A DNA stretch of 64,000 nt from Priapulus caudatus (lineage: Eukaryota), in NCBI RefSeq assembly GCF_000485595.1, contig NW_014577081.1:701671-765670 (forward strand), given 5' to 3'. Under the pieces are notes generated by a model, which had not been told where the DNA came from, ran no database searches, and was given only the letters and a program-made list of their open reading frames with translations. The position numbers and the translations under genes are program-made. This document shows, one piece after another, positions 26,321-39,366 of this stretch (the stretch's first letter is position 1; each line of letters opens with the position of its first letter).

Positions 26321-26725
26321 GTAGCTTGAGCGGGAAGCTTATGGTTTCTATGAGGCAAGCGAGCGTGAGACTGGCTGGCCACTTGCTATGGTGTCGCCTT
26401 GGCGATGTGGCATTAAGAGACTGCCTGATGAATTTGAATGAAATTCCAATACTGCCGCCAGTCACGGCTATAGAAGCAAGCGAGATGATGCGATGGCTGC
26501 GACCGAGTCTGCGATCCGTATCTTTATGTTCGCCACCAAGCATTTCTTCATGAGGTGGGATGGTGGTGGTGGTGGTGGGGGGGATTATGCTGTAAAATGT
26601 TTGCAGCGTTATAGAAGTTATTATTGGTAATCACTTGTCAACTGCCAAAAGAGCGTTTCCGTTTTAAATTGTCCTCGTTAAAACTTCCCTCGGGGGAAAT
26701 TTATCGATTGATTAGGGTTTAGTAT

Positions 26726-26756
<31 letters not shown>

Positions 26757-28814
26757 TGAGAGAAGTAGCGGAAACACACATCACCATCTACTCCTTCCGC
26801 CTACGCGCGCACGCTATTGAATCTTACTCAACTGACGAGGATAAAGAAGCCACAGATAAAACAATTAGCTAATTCGTTACGGCATGGACAAAATTTGCTA
26901 GCGGGGCAGGGGACTTTCGATTATTCAACGAGAAAGATTTTTTCTCGCCTACTATATCGCTGCGGATGTAATATTCGCAGAGACCACGAATGAATTACCG
27001 GCTGATGGCGCCACTGTTCCCCGGGCGATTCCGGCAAGTCGTCTGCATGTTCTGTCGGTGTCGGTATCTCCTCTTTCTCGGTGCAGCAGCTCTTACGACC
27101 TCCGCGGTTTCGGTAGTCAGCCGACGGACACTTTATCAATATTGACAGGGACACTGTCTGACCACGCCGCCTCCTCGCAAATAACCACGGGCGAGCTATA
27201 ATTGAATTTACGTCGGAAAGAGCGTGGTGTAGATCGAACCCCATGCTTCAGAGTGACTGCAAACAACGGTGCATCACATCGAGCGAGCACTAGACAGCTA
27301 GAAGCCATGCGGCGTTAAAATGTGCAGTGTTGTCATGCTATACGCGCTTCCACACGCATCGTGCGTGCGTCACCGAGTGTGGGCATGCAATTGTGAAAGG
27401 CCACCAAAGACTCGCGGCAATGGCACAACGATGAAATCATTTGCCAACCGACATAAAGGGGGATGCCATGCTTATTTTCCTTTGACCCAAATTTCCGTAT
27501 ATTAACTTACGACTTCAAAGGACGTAAAATTACCCACATATCCACATATGCATACACACACGCCCATGCATGCGTGCGCATTCGCATATGCGTCAACTGA
27601 ACACACACACGCACCCACACACGCGCGCATGCGCGAACGTGCGAAAATTCCCACAAACGTCATCAGAACGTATATCAGGAACTCACGTGCGCACGCGCAC
27701 GCACTTCTGGTTTGCGATTTTATGTTTTGCACTAGTTGCGTCACGGTTTTCTTCCACCACGCCACGAGATCGACGCTGTCTCTACACGGCATCAAGCACT
27801 CTTCAATGAACGGGACGGTGGGGGCACACACGTGAGAACAACCAGAAAGTCTGATTCACAGAAATGTCGCCATTGATTGCTTGTGCCGTGAGAGAAGAGC
27901 ATTTTCCACGTGCAGTAACACACGGCCGTCTCTTCTAAGGGCATCCCGGCAGCGGCCGCATAAGAGACTACGCTACTGTGTAAGCCAAGGACATTGAATG
28001 CACAGGTGGCTGTCGGGTTGACACGTATAAGGGAGTATCGCCCACGCTCCTTGCATGGATGTCTGTGTCTGTGGCAGACAGTGGCGCCATCCACATGAGG
28101 CGGTGGATTTGCACACCGTGTGCTCTGAGTCTCATTTCTGACGCTAGCGCCAAGCCCTGCGAATCGCGAGTGTGGCGCGCCGGTCGAATTACACTATCGA
28201 ATTTTAATTGTTGACTAATGCGTAATGACGATATCAATTCGTAATGTTCTCATGAATTCCCAAGAACTAATTACTAAGTTTAGTACTCGTGGATGGATTA
28301 CCAGTAGCTCCCGGTGGTTGCGGGCGGGTTATCAGTAGTTCCCGGAACCTGCGGCAGGCTTAGCAGTAGCTTTATGGTTGTTGTAGATAAGCGGTAGAGC
28401 AGCCAGATGCCATGCGATCTTATTAGGGCTATCCGTGTGAGCTAACCTTTATCCGGCCTGCGTGACCAGGCGCTGCTTATGATCGGCATGACAGCGTCTG
28501 AGTAAATAAGTTATGATACGTTTAGCTCGAGGACAACTCAAAGGCAGATATCCACATCCAAGTGTGGCTTTATGCCACCTCGTCCCCCGCCAGTGGCCTC
28601 CAGACCCCGTCAGCTCACTCCGACAATAACCCTTCCGCGACCGAAAATAGTCATTTTTGTTTACGTATTTTAGTAATGCTAAAACAAGTTACCATGGCAT
28701 ATGCCGATTGTATTACCCATAGACATAGATATAGCATTAAATAGGAAAAACAAGACAAACGCCAGCGCAGCACTCGGTAAGTTATTAGTAGCACGTTATA
28801 GTGTTGCCGGCGTT

Positions 28815-29180
28815 ATTTGTATGACGGAGGCCTACGGCCACCTATATAGAATTGTAATAATTGTGTATGATGGGGGGCCAAGGGCACATATATAGTATTT
28901 GTATGACGGGGGCCTACGGCCACCTATATAGAATTGTAATAATTGTGTATGATGGGGGGCCAAGGGCACATATATAGTATTTGTATGACGGGGGCCTACG
29001 GCCACCTATATAGAATTGTAATAATTGTGTATGATGGGGGGCCAAGGGCACATATATAGTATTTGTATGACGGGGGCCTACGGCCACCTATATAGAATTG
29101 TAATAATTGTGTATGATGGGGGGCCAAGGGCACATATATAGTATTTGTATGACGGGGGCCTACGGCCACCTATATAGAAT
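28815..29180. repeat. 82-bp near-perfect tandem repeat, >4 copies, running into the gap 29181-29538
   Basis: CCTACGGCCA at 28831, 28913 and 28995. Confidence 0.97.
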
Positions 29181-29538
29181 NNNNNNNNNNNNNNNNNNNN
29201 NNNNNNNNNNNNNNNNNNNNNNNNNNNNNNNNNNNNNNNNNNNNNNNNNNNNNNNNNNNNNNNNNNNNNNNNNNNNNNNNNNNNNNNNNNNNNNNNNNNN
29301 NNNNNNNNNNNNNNNNNNNNNNNNNNNNNNNNNNNNNNNNNNNNNNNNNNNNNNNNNNNNNNNNNNNNNNNNNNNNNNNNNNNNNNNNNNNNNNNNNNNN
29401 NNNNNNNNNNNNNNNNNNNNNNNNNNNNNNNNNNNNNNNNNNNNNNNNNNNNNNNNNNNNNNNNNNNNNNNNNNNNNNNNNNNNNNNNNNNNNNNNNNNN
29501 NNNNNNNNNNNNNNNNNNNNNNNNNNNNNNNNNNNNNN

Positions 29539-32500
29539 AACACAGATCTATTGATAAAAGTTTATTAAGGAAATCTATGCTGAGATACCCCCTAATCATT
29601 TTAAATGCATATTCATCGCAAAATATAACTCCTCTGGTGAGATATTGCGCATGCGCTAACACACTAACGTAGCCAGATTGTGTACTGGCTGGTATACGCA
29701 GCGGGGACCTTACATGCAAGGTCTTCTTCTTATTTCTTAAATGATATCTACAGATGGAATGTTATCGTAGAAATCTATTTTAGGATAACTTCTATTCATT
29801 TTAAATGCGTAATCTTTGCAAAATACGATTTCTCTCGGGAGATATTGCGCATGCGCGCGCACCGTGTTAGGCGTGCAGTGCCGTCTGAGGCAAACTTCAT
29901 AATATAGCTTGCTGAGGGGGAAAGGGGATGGAAGACTGAGGAAATGCGGCAGAGAAGATAGCTGGGGGCGGTAGTAGAAGGAGGCTGAGCGAGGGACAGG
30001 GGATGCAAGGGGAAGGACTCGAGGGCATAAAGTAGGTGTTTTCTACCCTACATGCTAGGGCGCTCTCCTAATTATAAACACAGGTCTACTGATGAAGGTT
30101 TATTAGGGAAAATGTATGCTGATATGCCCCCTAACCATTTTAAATGCATATTCATCACAAAATATAAGTTCTCTGGTGAGATATTGCGCATGCGCTAACA
30201 CACTAACCTAGCCAGATTGTGTACTGGTTGGTATACGCAGCGGGGACCTTACATACAAAGTCTTCTCCTTATTTCTTAAATGATGTCTACTGATGGAACG
30301 TCATCATATAAACCTATGCTAGGATAACTTCTATTCATTTTAAATGCATAATCTTTGCAAAATACGATTTTTCTCGAGAGATATTGCGCATGCGCGCGCA
30401 CCATGTTAGGCGTACAGTGCCGTCTGAGGCAAACTTCATAATATAGCTTGCTGAGAGAGAGGGGAAGATTGACTGAGGAAAGGCGGCAGGGAAGATAGCT
30501 GGGGGCGGTAGAAGAAGAAGGAGGCTGAGCGAGGGACAGGGGAGACAAGGGGAAGGACTCGAGGGCATAAAGCAGGTGTTTTGTACCCTACATGCTAGTG
30601 CGCTCTCCTAATTATAAACACAGGTCTACTGATAAAGGTTTATTATGGAAATCTATGCTGAGATACCCCCTAACCATTTTATATGCATATTCATCGCAAA
30701 ATATAACTCTTCTGGTGAGATATCGCGTATGCGCTAACACACTAACGTAGAAAGATTGTGTACTGGCTGGTATACGCAGAGGGGACCTTACATACAAAGT
30801 CTTCTCCTTATTTCTTAAATGATGTCTACTGATGGAACGTCATCATATAAACCTATGCTAGGATAACTCCTCTTCATTTTAAATGCATAATCTTTGCAAA
30901 ATACGATTTCTCTCGAGAGATATTGCGCATGCGCGCGCATCGTGTTAGGCGTACATTACCGTCTGAGGCAAACTTTAGAATATAGCTTACTGAGGGAGAG
31001 AGGGGATAGGAGACTGAGGAAAGCCTGCAGGAAAGATAGCTGGTGGCGGTAGAAGAAGATGAACGCTGAGCGAGGGACAGGGGAGGCAAGGGGAAGGACG
31101 CGAGGGCATAAAGTAAGTGTTTGTACCCTACATGCTAGGGCGCTCTCTTAATTATAAACACAGGTCTACTGATAAAAGTTTATTAGGGAAATCTATGCTG
31201 AGATACCCCCTAACCATTTTAAATGCGTAGTAATCACAAAATATAACTCCTCTAGTGAGATATTGCGTATGCGCTAACACACTAACGTAGCCAGATTGTG
31301 TACTGGCTGGTATACGCAGCGGGGACCTTACATGCAAGGTCTTCCTCTTATTTCTTAAATGATGTCTACTGATAGAATGTTATCGTAGAAATCTATTTTA
31401 GGATAACTTCTCTTCATTTTAAATACATTATCTTTGCAAAATACGATTTATCTCGAGAGATATTGCGCATGCGCACGCACCCTGTTAGGCGTGCAGTGCC
31501 TTCTGAGGCAAACTTCCTTATATAGCTTGCTGAAGGGGAGAGGGGATGGGAGACTGAGGAAATGCGGCAAGGAAGATAGCTGGGGGCGGTAGACGAAGAA
31601 GGAGGCTGAGCGAAGGACAGAGGATTCAAGGGGAAGGACGCGAGGGCATAAAGTAGGTGTTTTGTACCCTATATACATGCTAGGGCGCTCTCCTAATTAT
31701 AAACACATGTCAACTGATAAAAGTTTATTAGGGAAATCTATGCTGAGATACCCCCTAACCATTTTAAATGTGTATTCATCACAAAATATAACTCTTCTGG
31801 TGAGATATTGCACATGCGCTAACACACTAACGTAGCCAGATTGTGTCATGGCTGGTATACGCAGCAGAAACCTTACATGCAAAGTCTTCCTATTATTTTT
31901 TAAAGGATGTCTACAGATGGAATGTTATCGTAGAAATCTATGCTAGGATAACTCCTCTTCATTTTAAATGCGTAATCTTTGCAAAATACGATTTCTCTCG
32001 GGAGATATTGCGCTTGCGCGCGCACCGTGTTAGGCGTGCAGTGCCGTCTGAGCCAAACTTCATAATATAGCTTGCTGAGGGGGAGAGGGAATGGGAGACT
32101 GAAGAAATGCGGCAGGGAAGATAGCTGGGGGCGGTAGAAGAAGAAGGAGGCTGAGCAAGGAACAGGGGAGGCAAGGGGTAGGACGCGAAGGCATAAAGTA
32201 GGTGTTTTGTACCCTATATACATGCTAGGGCGCTCTCCTAATTATAAACACAAGTCTACTGATAAATGTTTATTTGGGAAAATGTATGCTGATATGCCCC
32301 CTAACCATTTTAAATGCATATTCATCACAAAATATAACTCCTCTGGTGAGATATTGCACACGAACTAACACACTAACGTAGCCAGATTGTGTACTGGCTG
32401 GTATACGCAGCGTGAAACTTACATGCAAGGTCTTCCTCTTATTTCTTAAATGATGTCTACTGATGGAATGTTGTCATATAAACCTATGCTAGGATAACTC

Positions 32501-32873
32501 CTCTTCATTTTAAATGCATAATCGTTGCAAAATACGATTTCTCTCGGGAGATATTGCGCATGCGCGCGCACCGTGTTAGATTGCGCATGCGCGCGCACCG
32601 TGTTAGTCGTGCAGTGCCGTCTGAGGCAAACGTCATAATATAACTTGCTGAGGGAGAGAGGGGATGGGAGACTGAGGAAAGGCTGCAGGGAGGATAGCTG
32701 GGCGGTAGAAGAAGACGGGGGCTAGGCGAGGGACAGGGGAGGCCAAGGAAAGGACGCGAGGGCATAAAGTAGGTGTTTTGTACCCTACATGCTAGGGCGC
32801 TCTCCTAATTATAAACACAGGTCTACTGATAAAAGTTTATTAGGGAAATCTATGCTGAGATACCCCTTAACCA
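29539..32873. repeat. ~540-bp satellite, ~6 units
   Basis: AATTATAAACAC recurs at 30070, 30610, 31150, 31695, 32240 and 32807. Confidence 0.97.
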
Positions 32874-33570
32874 TATAGCAAAAATAGGTTCAATGATTCA
32901 GGTTCAACGTGGGTAGGAAAAGAAGAAAAGAGCATGAGAGAGAGGGCGAGAGAGATATAGAGAAAGAGGAATAATGTGTAAAAAGATAAAAGAGGGTGGA
33001 GGGCAAGATTGAACAGGAAGAAGGGGTGATCAAAAGATACGCGTAATGCATCTCTCTTGGTTCCCAAGGAAAACACTCGGCGAAAAAGACGCGAAGCATC
33101 CGAGTGTATACCCAGCACGAGCTTGCGTCCTCGTGCAAACCTCATCTCCCCCCCCCCTCTCACGCAGTTAGTCACACTGACATCACGCATGCACCCTGCG
33201 GCCTGATGTGACATGTTGCCGGTGAGCCTGTCGTGCATTCACTCGCTAACGACCCACCGACCCCGAGACGCGTGCATAAATTAGATCTGCGATAGTTTAT
33301 TAACTAGCGCGCACGAATGCGGGCGGCAAGTGATCGTCGTAATGGCATGGTAATTGTATATTAGCATTCGGACGAGTGTGTGGGCCTGTTGAAGCCTCGT
33401 CCGTCTACCGAGAAGCCTTGCGACGTAAATGTGCGTGGGGGAGGCAATTCCACGACCTAATAGTGAAAATTATTCCGCGTGATGTGATGTGATTTCATTT
33501 TCAGTCCCGATACGATAGCGTTTGCGCGGCTTCAGATGAAGTCCGTCTCCCACAGCAGCGAGAGCTTGCG

Positions 33571-33668
33571 TGCCATCACACTACAGAAACCTGCTTGCCT
33601 GCCATCACACTACAGAAACCTGCTTGCTTGCCATCACACTACAGAAACCTGCTCGCCTGCCATCACGC
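33571..33668. repeat. ~29-bp tandem repeat x3 (TGCCATCACACTACAGAAACCTGCTTGCC)
   Basis: Directly visible. Confidence 0.9.
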
Positions 33669-33963
33669 TATCAAAGTTTTCCCGCGATATATGCGCCTGT
33701 ATTGAACACTGCACGTTCATTTTCGTTCATATCGTTATTTGTCAAACAAGCGTTTACCACATAGAGCGACATATAGTGATACACCTGGCATGCACCTAAT
33801 ACACAAGCGAGGCTTCCGTGTGTCTCTACGCCGACAGTAATCGAATTCGCCCGTGATAATCACGTGTTCGGGCAACAAATAGCCGACTACGCGCATGAAA
33901 TTTTCCCACGTAGCTCCACGTGACTTTGCACGGGCCAATCGGATTCGATAAGCACATACCAGG

Positions 33964-34099
33964 TTAGATACAATAATGTAACCCAAACACAGGATAGGGT
34001 GTGTTTGGGTTACATTATTGTATCTAATACCCCTATACTGTGTTGTATCTAATACCCACCATACCCTATCCTGTGTTTGGGTTACATTATTGTATCTAA
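33964..34099. repeat. Nested fold-back (inverted) repeat
   Basis: 33964-33990 pairs with 34001-34027; 33964-34000 pairs perfectly with 34063-34099. Confidence 0.92.
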
Positions 34100-36124
34100 T
34101 ACCAGGTGTCTATACTCCTCTGTACACATATAACTGAATGTGAAGAGCTCCTGAATATCTGCACCTATATAGATCGCACATCAAATAGCTACGCGGCATT
34201 TTACAGAACTCGTCTGCACTGATTTTTTCACGAAGCGACATCGTAGCGCACATGATTGATCGCGGGGCCTTGAAATCCAGCGCAGACGCCCACGTCCGGC
34301 CGTTGCCGGAAATTGGACGCCATGTGCAGGAGTCAGCGCGGATGTAGAATATTCCTATTCGCAATTCATGGTCGGCAAAGCGGTTTCTAGATTCGCTTGG
34401 ATTCGGGGAAGCGGCGGGATGCTGATACTGAGTTCGTGGTTAATCCACTCGACTATAGTACTTTCGGGCCTATATTGGTCTGGCCGTAGCGAGTGTAGGA
34501 AATTTAGAGCAACTCGGGCTGGCAATCGTGTTACTTGATTGCCGAACATTTCCGTTGGCGGACAGTCCCAAACCAGTGGCAATCGCAGACGAAGTCCGTG
34601 GCGAAACACGTGGGTGCGTAGTTGGATTATGCTAGACGTGTCTTGGGCATAGAACGTGTAGTCAGAGACCATTAGATCGCTACAAGGCGCAGAGCGTGGG
34701 CGGTTGATTGCGCGCGTGACGTTGAACAATGACGACGGGATGAATCTATAGATTTGATTATGTCTATACGGCGCAATGTTTTTCACGTTTCTCTCCGTAC
34801 GCGGTATCTGACCATCTCTGCTAGTAAGCGCTCCAGCGATCGATTTCAGTCCTATGCTTAGCGAATGCGCGTGTATAAATAAGATCGACGATGAACCCGG
34901 GTACTGCGTGGCTACCTCCTTGTTTGCGCACGTGAGCTAGCATCTAAGTGCACCTGGCGACCGTGCAGCTGTCATTTGAAGTCGGGTTTCATGGCCGGAG
35001 GGATCAATATACACACTACGTGCTATATGAGCTTGTCACTGCACACACTTGCTCGTGTAACTACCGTTCCATCGTCAGGTTCCTGGGCGCCGGTGCTGTC
35101 CTAAGGGGATGGACGATGCACTTATACAAAATGCGAATGTTTGCGTTTGTCATTAGACGAATTGCGTACAGTCACAAATCTTTAATGGGGATTTGTTTGG
35201 TTAGATGAACGCGTTATATATATGTGCATGCGCCTGAGCCGCACGCGCGTGCGCCCGGCTGCGTTATAAGCAATGCGATTTCTGGCAAATTAATGATTTG
35301 CCGACGTTTAACCGTCTTGCCAGCCTGCAGACCTGATTGCGAGCTTATTCGAGCGCACGAAAATAGTTATAGTTCGCTAGCCACCGAGTTTGTAATCACG
35401 CAATGAATCTAAAACGCCTGTGTACATAGGAGAGGACAATCTACCACCTAATCACCCTATATCTCAGAGCTACCTCAAGCATGCCCCGTTCTTATAACCT
35501 TAACTCTAACCTAAACCGTAACTTCATCGCCAACTAAAGTGAAAAGAATGCGTTAAATTAAGCGTAAGTGCCAAGCTACATCCCAGGTCTGACGGATAAC
35601 TCCAAGGCACTTTTCAATGATTATATATGTCAAGTGTTTCTAGAAATGATCCATTCAGTGATGGCACGCTTGACTCTGACGAGCGATTAACTGACCATGA
35701 AGCCATAGCAGAAGATCTTCTGCTCTTCTGGAAGAAGAAGAAGCGTAAGCAATACGGCGCGCGTGTGCTCAACCCACATACGCGGCCGGCTCTCTCCATC
35801 TACAGCAACGCAGCGAGCAATTAGTAGGAGTATGGGACATTCAGCGTGCAGGGCCGGGACTCTAACAACTGCTCCGGCGCTGTTATATTACATAGAGCGC
35901 TGCTAGCTCGATCTCGCTGAAAATGTCAGAGGTTGGCCGCCTCCTCACAGGCCCTTCTCGGGCTGCTATTTGCCGAGACCGTGCGCCGGTCGCTCCACTT
36001 GAGCCCTGCGCAAGAAATAATTTCGTTTAAGGCTTGGCGGATCAAGCGAGTAGCGATGACGGTCATGATGGTGCAGCCGTTTATTCCCACGATACGGCGC
36101 CATTCCGACGGGGAGGTATGAGTT

Positions 36125-36172
36125 GGGGAGGATGTGGGGTGGGGAGGATGTGGGGTGGGGAGGATGTGGGGT
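36125..36172 (+). repeat. 16-bp G-rich minisatellite (GGGGAGGATGTGGGGT)x3, potential G-quadruplex
   Basis: Directly visible; noisy C-rich complements at 36940-37074 and 39370-39474. Confidence 0.9.
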
Positions 36173-39100
36173 AGCAAGAGGAAGAGAGAGAGAGAGAGCG
36201 GAGAGAGAGCATGAGAGAAGCCGGAGAGAGGAGAGGAAAGAAAAGAGGTGAACAGATACAGCTAGTGATAAACTTCCCGAATGCAATGAAATGCGAAGTT
36301 TGCGCTAATCACAGGCAAAAAGAATGTCCGCCGCACAAGTCGACCTAAGCTTATCACTCATTGTGGCAGCAATTTGCTGCACAAACGTAAACAGTTCGTT
36401 TAACCGTTTGCGTGCGTCCGAGAAATGCCGATTTTAAAAACGTCCAGGCTGATCCAAGAGGTAGCGCCCGGGAGTGGACCCTCTCATCGGCGCACGAGTG
36501 AAAGGCGCCACTGTTTGAGTGCTTTTATTCTTAAATTAACTGTATAATTACTTGAAACCAAGTCATTGTCTCCGCCGGCCGGTTTCGCGTCGGTTACTGA
36601 TAGCATGCAATTCTTGTGTGACTCGTGACAGTGGGGAGTTTGTAATTACGAGAACAATGTCCCACTAAACACTAAAGCGAGTCTTGCTCTCTACGGTAGA
36701 TACGCGCTTCCTGTCATGTTTCAGTGCAAGCGCTCTCGCTCATATGTCTCACGCTTAGGATTCCCGATGTCTCATGCAGACTCTCTCTTATTAATGTGTT
36801 TTAATTACTGCAGCCCTCTCCGCAACTAATCTCGAATTCACAGGCGTTCGCACTCAAAGGTTACCAAACCTAATAAACTTTTTGCCGTCCGACGAAGAAA
36901 CCTATATTACGTTTCTACTCCTGACCATCCTCCACCGTTCCACATCCTCCGTTCGTCACCCCACATCCTCCCACCCACATCCTCCCCCACCTCCACATCT
37001 GCCCCCGCACCCCACATCGCTCCCGCACCCCCGGTCTACGAGTCCTCCCCACCCACCCACACTCCTCCCACCCANNNNNNNNNNNNNNNNNNNNNNNNNC
37101 TGTACGTGCGCGTGTCGTGGTGCGTGCGGGCGCGTTGTATGCGTGGTGCTGCTTTACGTGCGTGCTATGTGTGCGTTGTCGGTTGGTGCGTTGCGTCGCG
37201 TGTTTACGTGTGCGTGCACGGGGCGGTATTGTGTGCATCAGCTTGTGTGCGCGGTGCCGGCGTCGTGTGTGCTGTGCACGAGGCGTTGTTTCTTTATTCG
37301 CAAGCAAAACGGAAGCCACGCGGCGCTCAAAGACGACGAAAATCGATGCTCATAATTTAATTTATACGGCTTGTTCTAGACATTTTACTGCGTATACGCG
37401 CTCCGCGCAGCTGGCCGCCGTATGTGGGCTAACAGGTCGGGGGCGCGCTAACAGCATGCCGTTCTCCGGTAGATCGCACTCATGGGCGATCTGCGGCGCG
37501 TCGATTACATGCAACACGGACGGTTAGCCATTTAGTCGGTGCCATCAAGTGAACCTATTTGACGGCGCAGCAGCATTATGCTTATCACTTCCTGCGCGTC
37601 TTCCCACAGCTTCTCCGCGCGGCACGATGTATCCTCGTCGTGTTCAGACCGTTTGGAGATCTTTATTCGTTTGTCGCGGCAAAGCGCCAACGAAAAGAAC
37701 AGTGGCAGTATTAGAGCGAGAGACGACGAGGAGAAGCCTGCTTTCGGGCGCGGCTCTCACAGTATCACGGCTTCTAACGCAGCTGGGTGTTTAATCGCGT
37801 GATTCCATCGCTTCGTGCTGGCTGCTAGCTCTGCAGCGACGGCAGTTCTTTTAGCGAACCTGCATTGGAGCGAGGGCTAGCCGTTTAGGTGGCGCGCATA
37901 ATGGTTCCTTCCTGCCGCCACAATATTCGTCTGGCATTCCAAACTAAAACGACTGCGCGCGCGGTGACGTCACGCCGCTGCCCGGGTGAATCATTTCTGT
38001 GTGCGAATGAGAACAGAGGGGAGACAGAGAAGAGAAGGAGAGTAAGGAGATGGAGAGGGCGCGACGAGAGAAAGAGAGTGTGGAGAGAGAGAGAAGAGAT
38101 GGGTGCAGATGAAAGAAAGACAGTGCTGAGGAGAGCGACGAGGACGGTCCGGGCGCGGATTAGTGTATATCGCGCACACATTCGTCGTTATTCGTCAGTT
38201 ATCGTCGATGTCGCGATTATGTTGTATTATGCATATTTCTCCGCCCGCCGGGGAATTTTAACCAAAAATCCCCCACCGGCGAACAGCCCCCCCGTTGGGC
38301 TTTTTACATACGCACGCACGAACACGCGCACGCATACACGCGCCCGCACGCACACACGTACGCGGACGCACGCGCGGACGCACTTCCACAACGTGTTCGG
38401 CTGCGAATTGATTCGCGTCACAGGTCGCTGCTCTTTCGGCTACAAATACCGTACAAATGTTGTAGTGCGGTAGTTCAAATACACTACTATAGTGCAGCGC
38501 AATAATTCTGCCGAACTACTGAAAACAACCGTACCCTGAACGAAATCGTACATGCCGACGACGGCGCACCCTCGCGACAGTTCGCCGAACTACGCCTGGT
38601 TCCTTCGTTGACTGCGACGTTTAAAATTATTACCTTTCAATAAAAATAACAAAAAACATGTATAAAATTTAGGCCTCGCGTATTAGTAAAAATATTTCTG
38701 AATACTGCAATATATAAATCACCACGAGTTTATGCTGTTATAGCATATATGAAATGGCAATTAACGCAAACGTATTCTTCAATGTTGCGACGCTTGCCTT
38801 AATAATCAGTGCCACTGGACAAAAGCGCATCCCATTGAGTGACGTAAGTGATTGGTACAGCGTCTCTATGCCTTTATGCAAGTTGCCATTAACAAAGTGT
38901 AGGGATATGGTCTCGCGAGAAACAAGTGGCATTATAACGTAACCGCGTTAACAAGAAGTAATGATCAATAAATAAAATCTTAATCGCTGTACATTTAGGC
39001 AACAAAGTAACGATGTACGAGTCTTGTAAGACATGTTAGTCTTACTGTATAGACACTTGCTGTTGTAAAAGCCATGCCACCAAGTATTGAAATGGCCGGA

Positions 39101-39366
39101 AGAATACGAGAACAGTCCGGAAAATTGTTCGTAATCCTTACTTTAAGTGACGACAAAATGTGAGAGAATTTAAAGCGAGGCGAGAGGCGCTCTATAGGGC
39201 AATCTGCTGCGAGCGATTCTTATTCTGGTGTAAACACTCAGAAATGCAACGCGCGGCGAGAAAATTCGAACGGATAATTACAGGCGCACGGCGGCGTTGA
39301 AGCGCAAAAATATGCCGGCGTTTATGCGATCATAATTACTAAGCCACGTATATATATATATATATA

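Noticed and set aside
30085..30120. CTGATGA...GAAA in the 540-bp satellite (retrozyme hammerhead?)
   Set aside because: The core is CTGATAA or CTGATGG in other units, and stems II and III cannot be formed
35926..36177. Short ORFs on both strands, with a GAG|GTATGA donor-like site
   Set aside because: No recognisable homology or partner exon
38245..38310. Possible missed SMRTbell adapter at the orientation switch
   Set aside because: The sequence does not match the adapter as I know it; left unexplained
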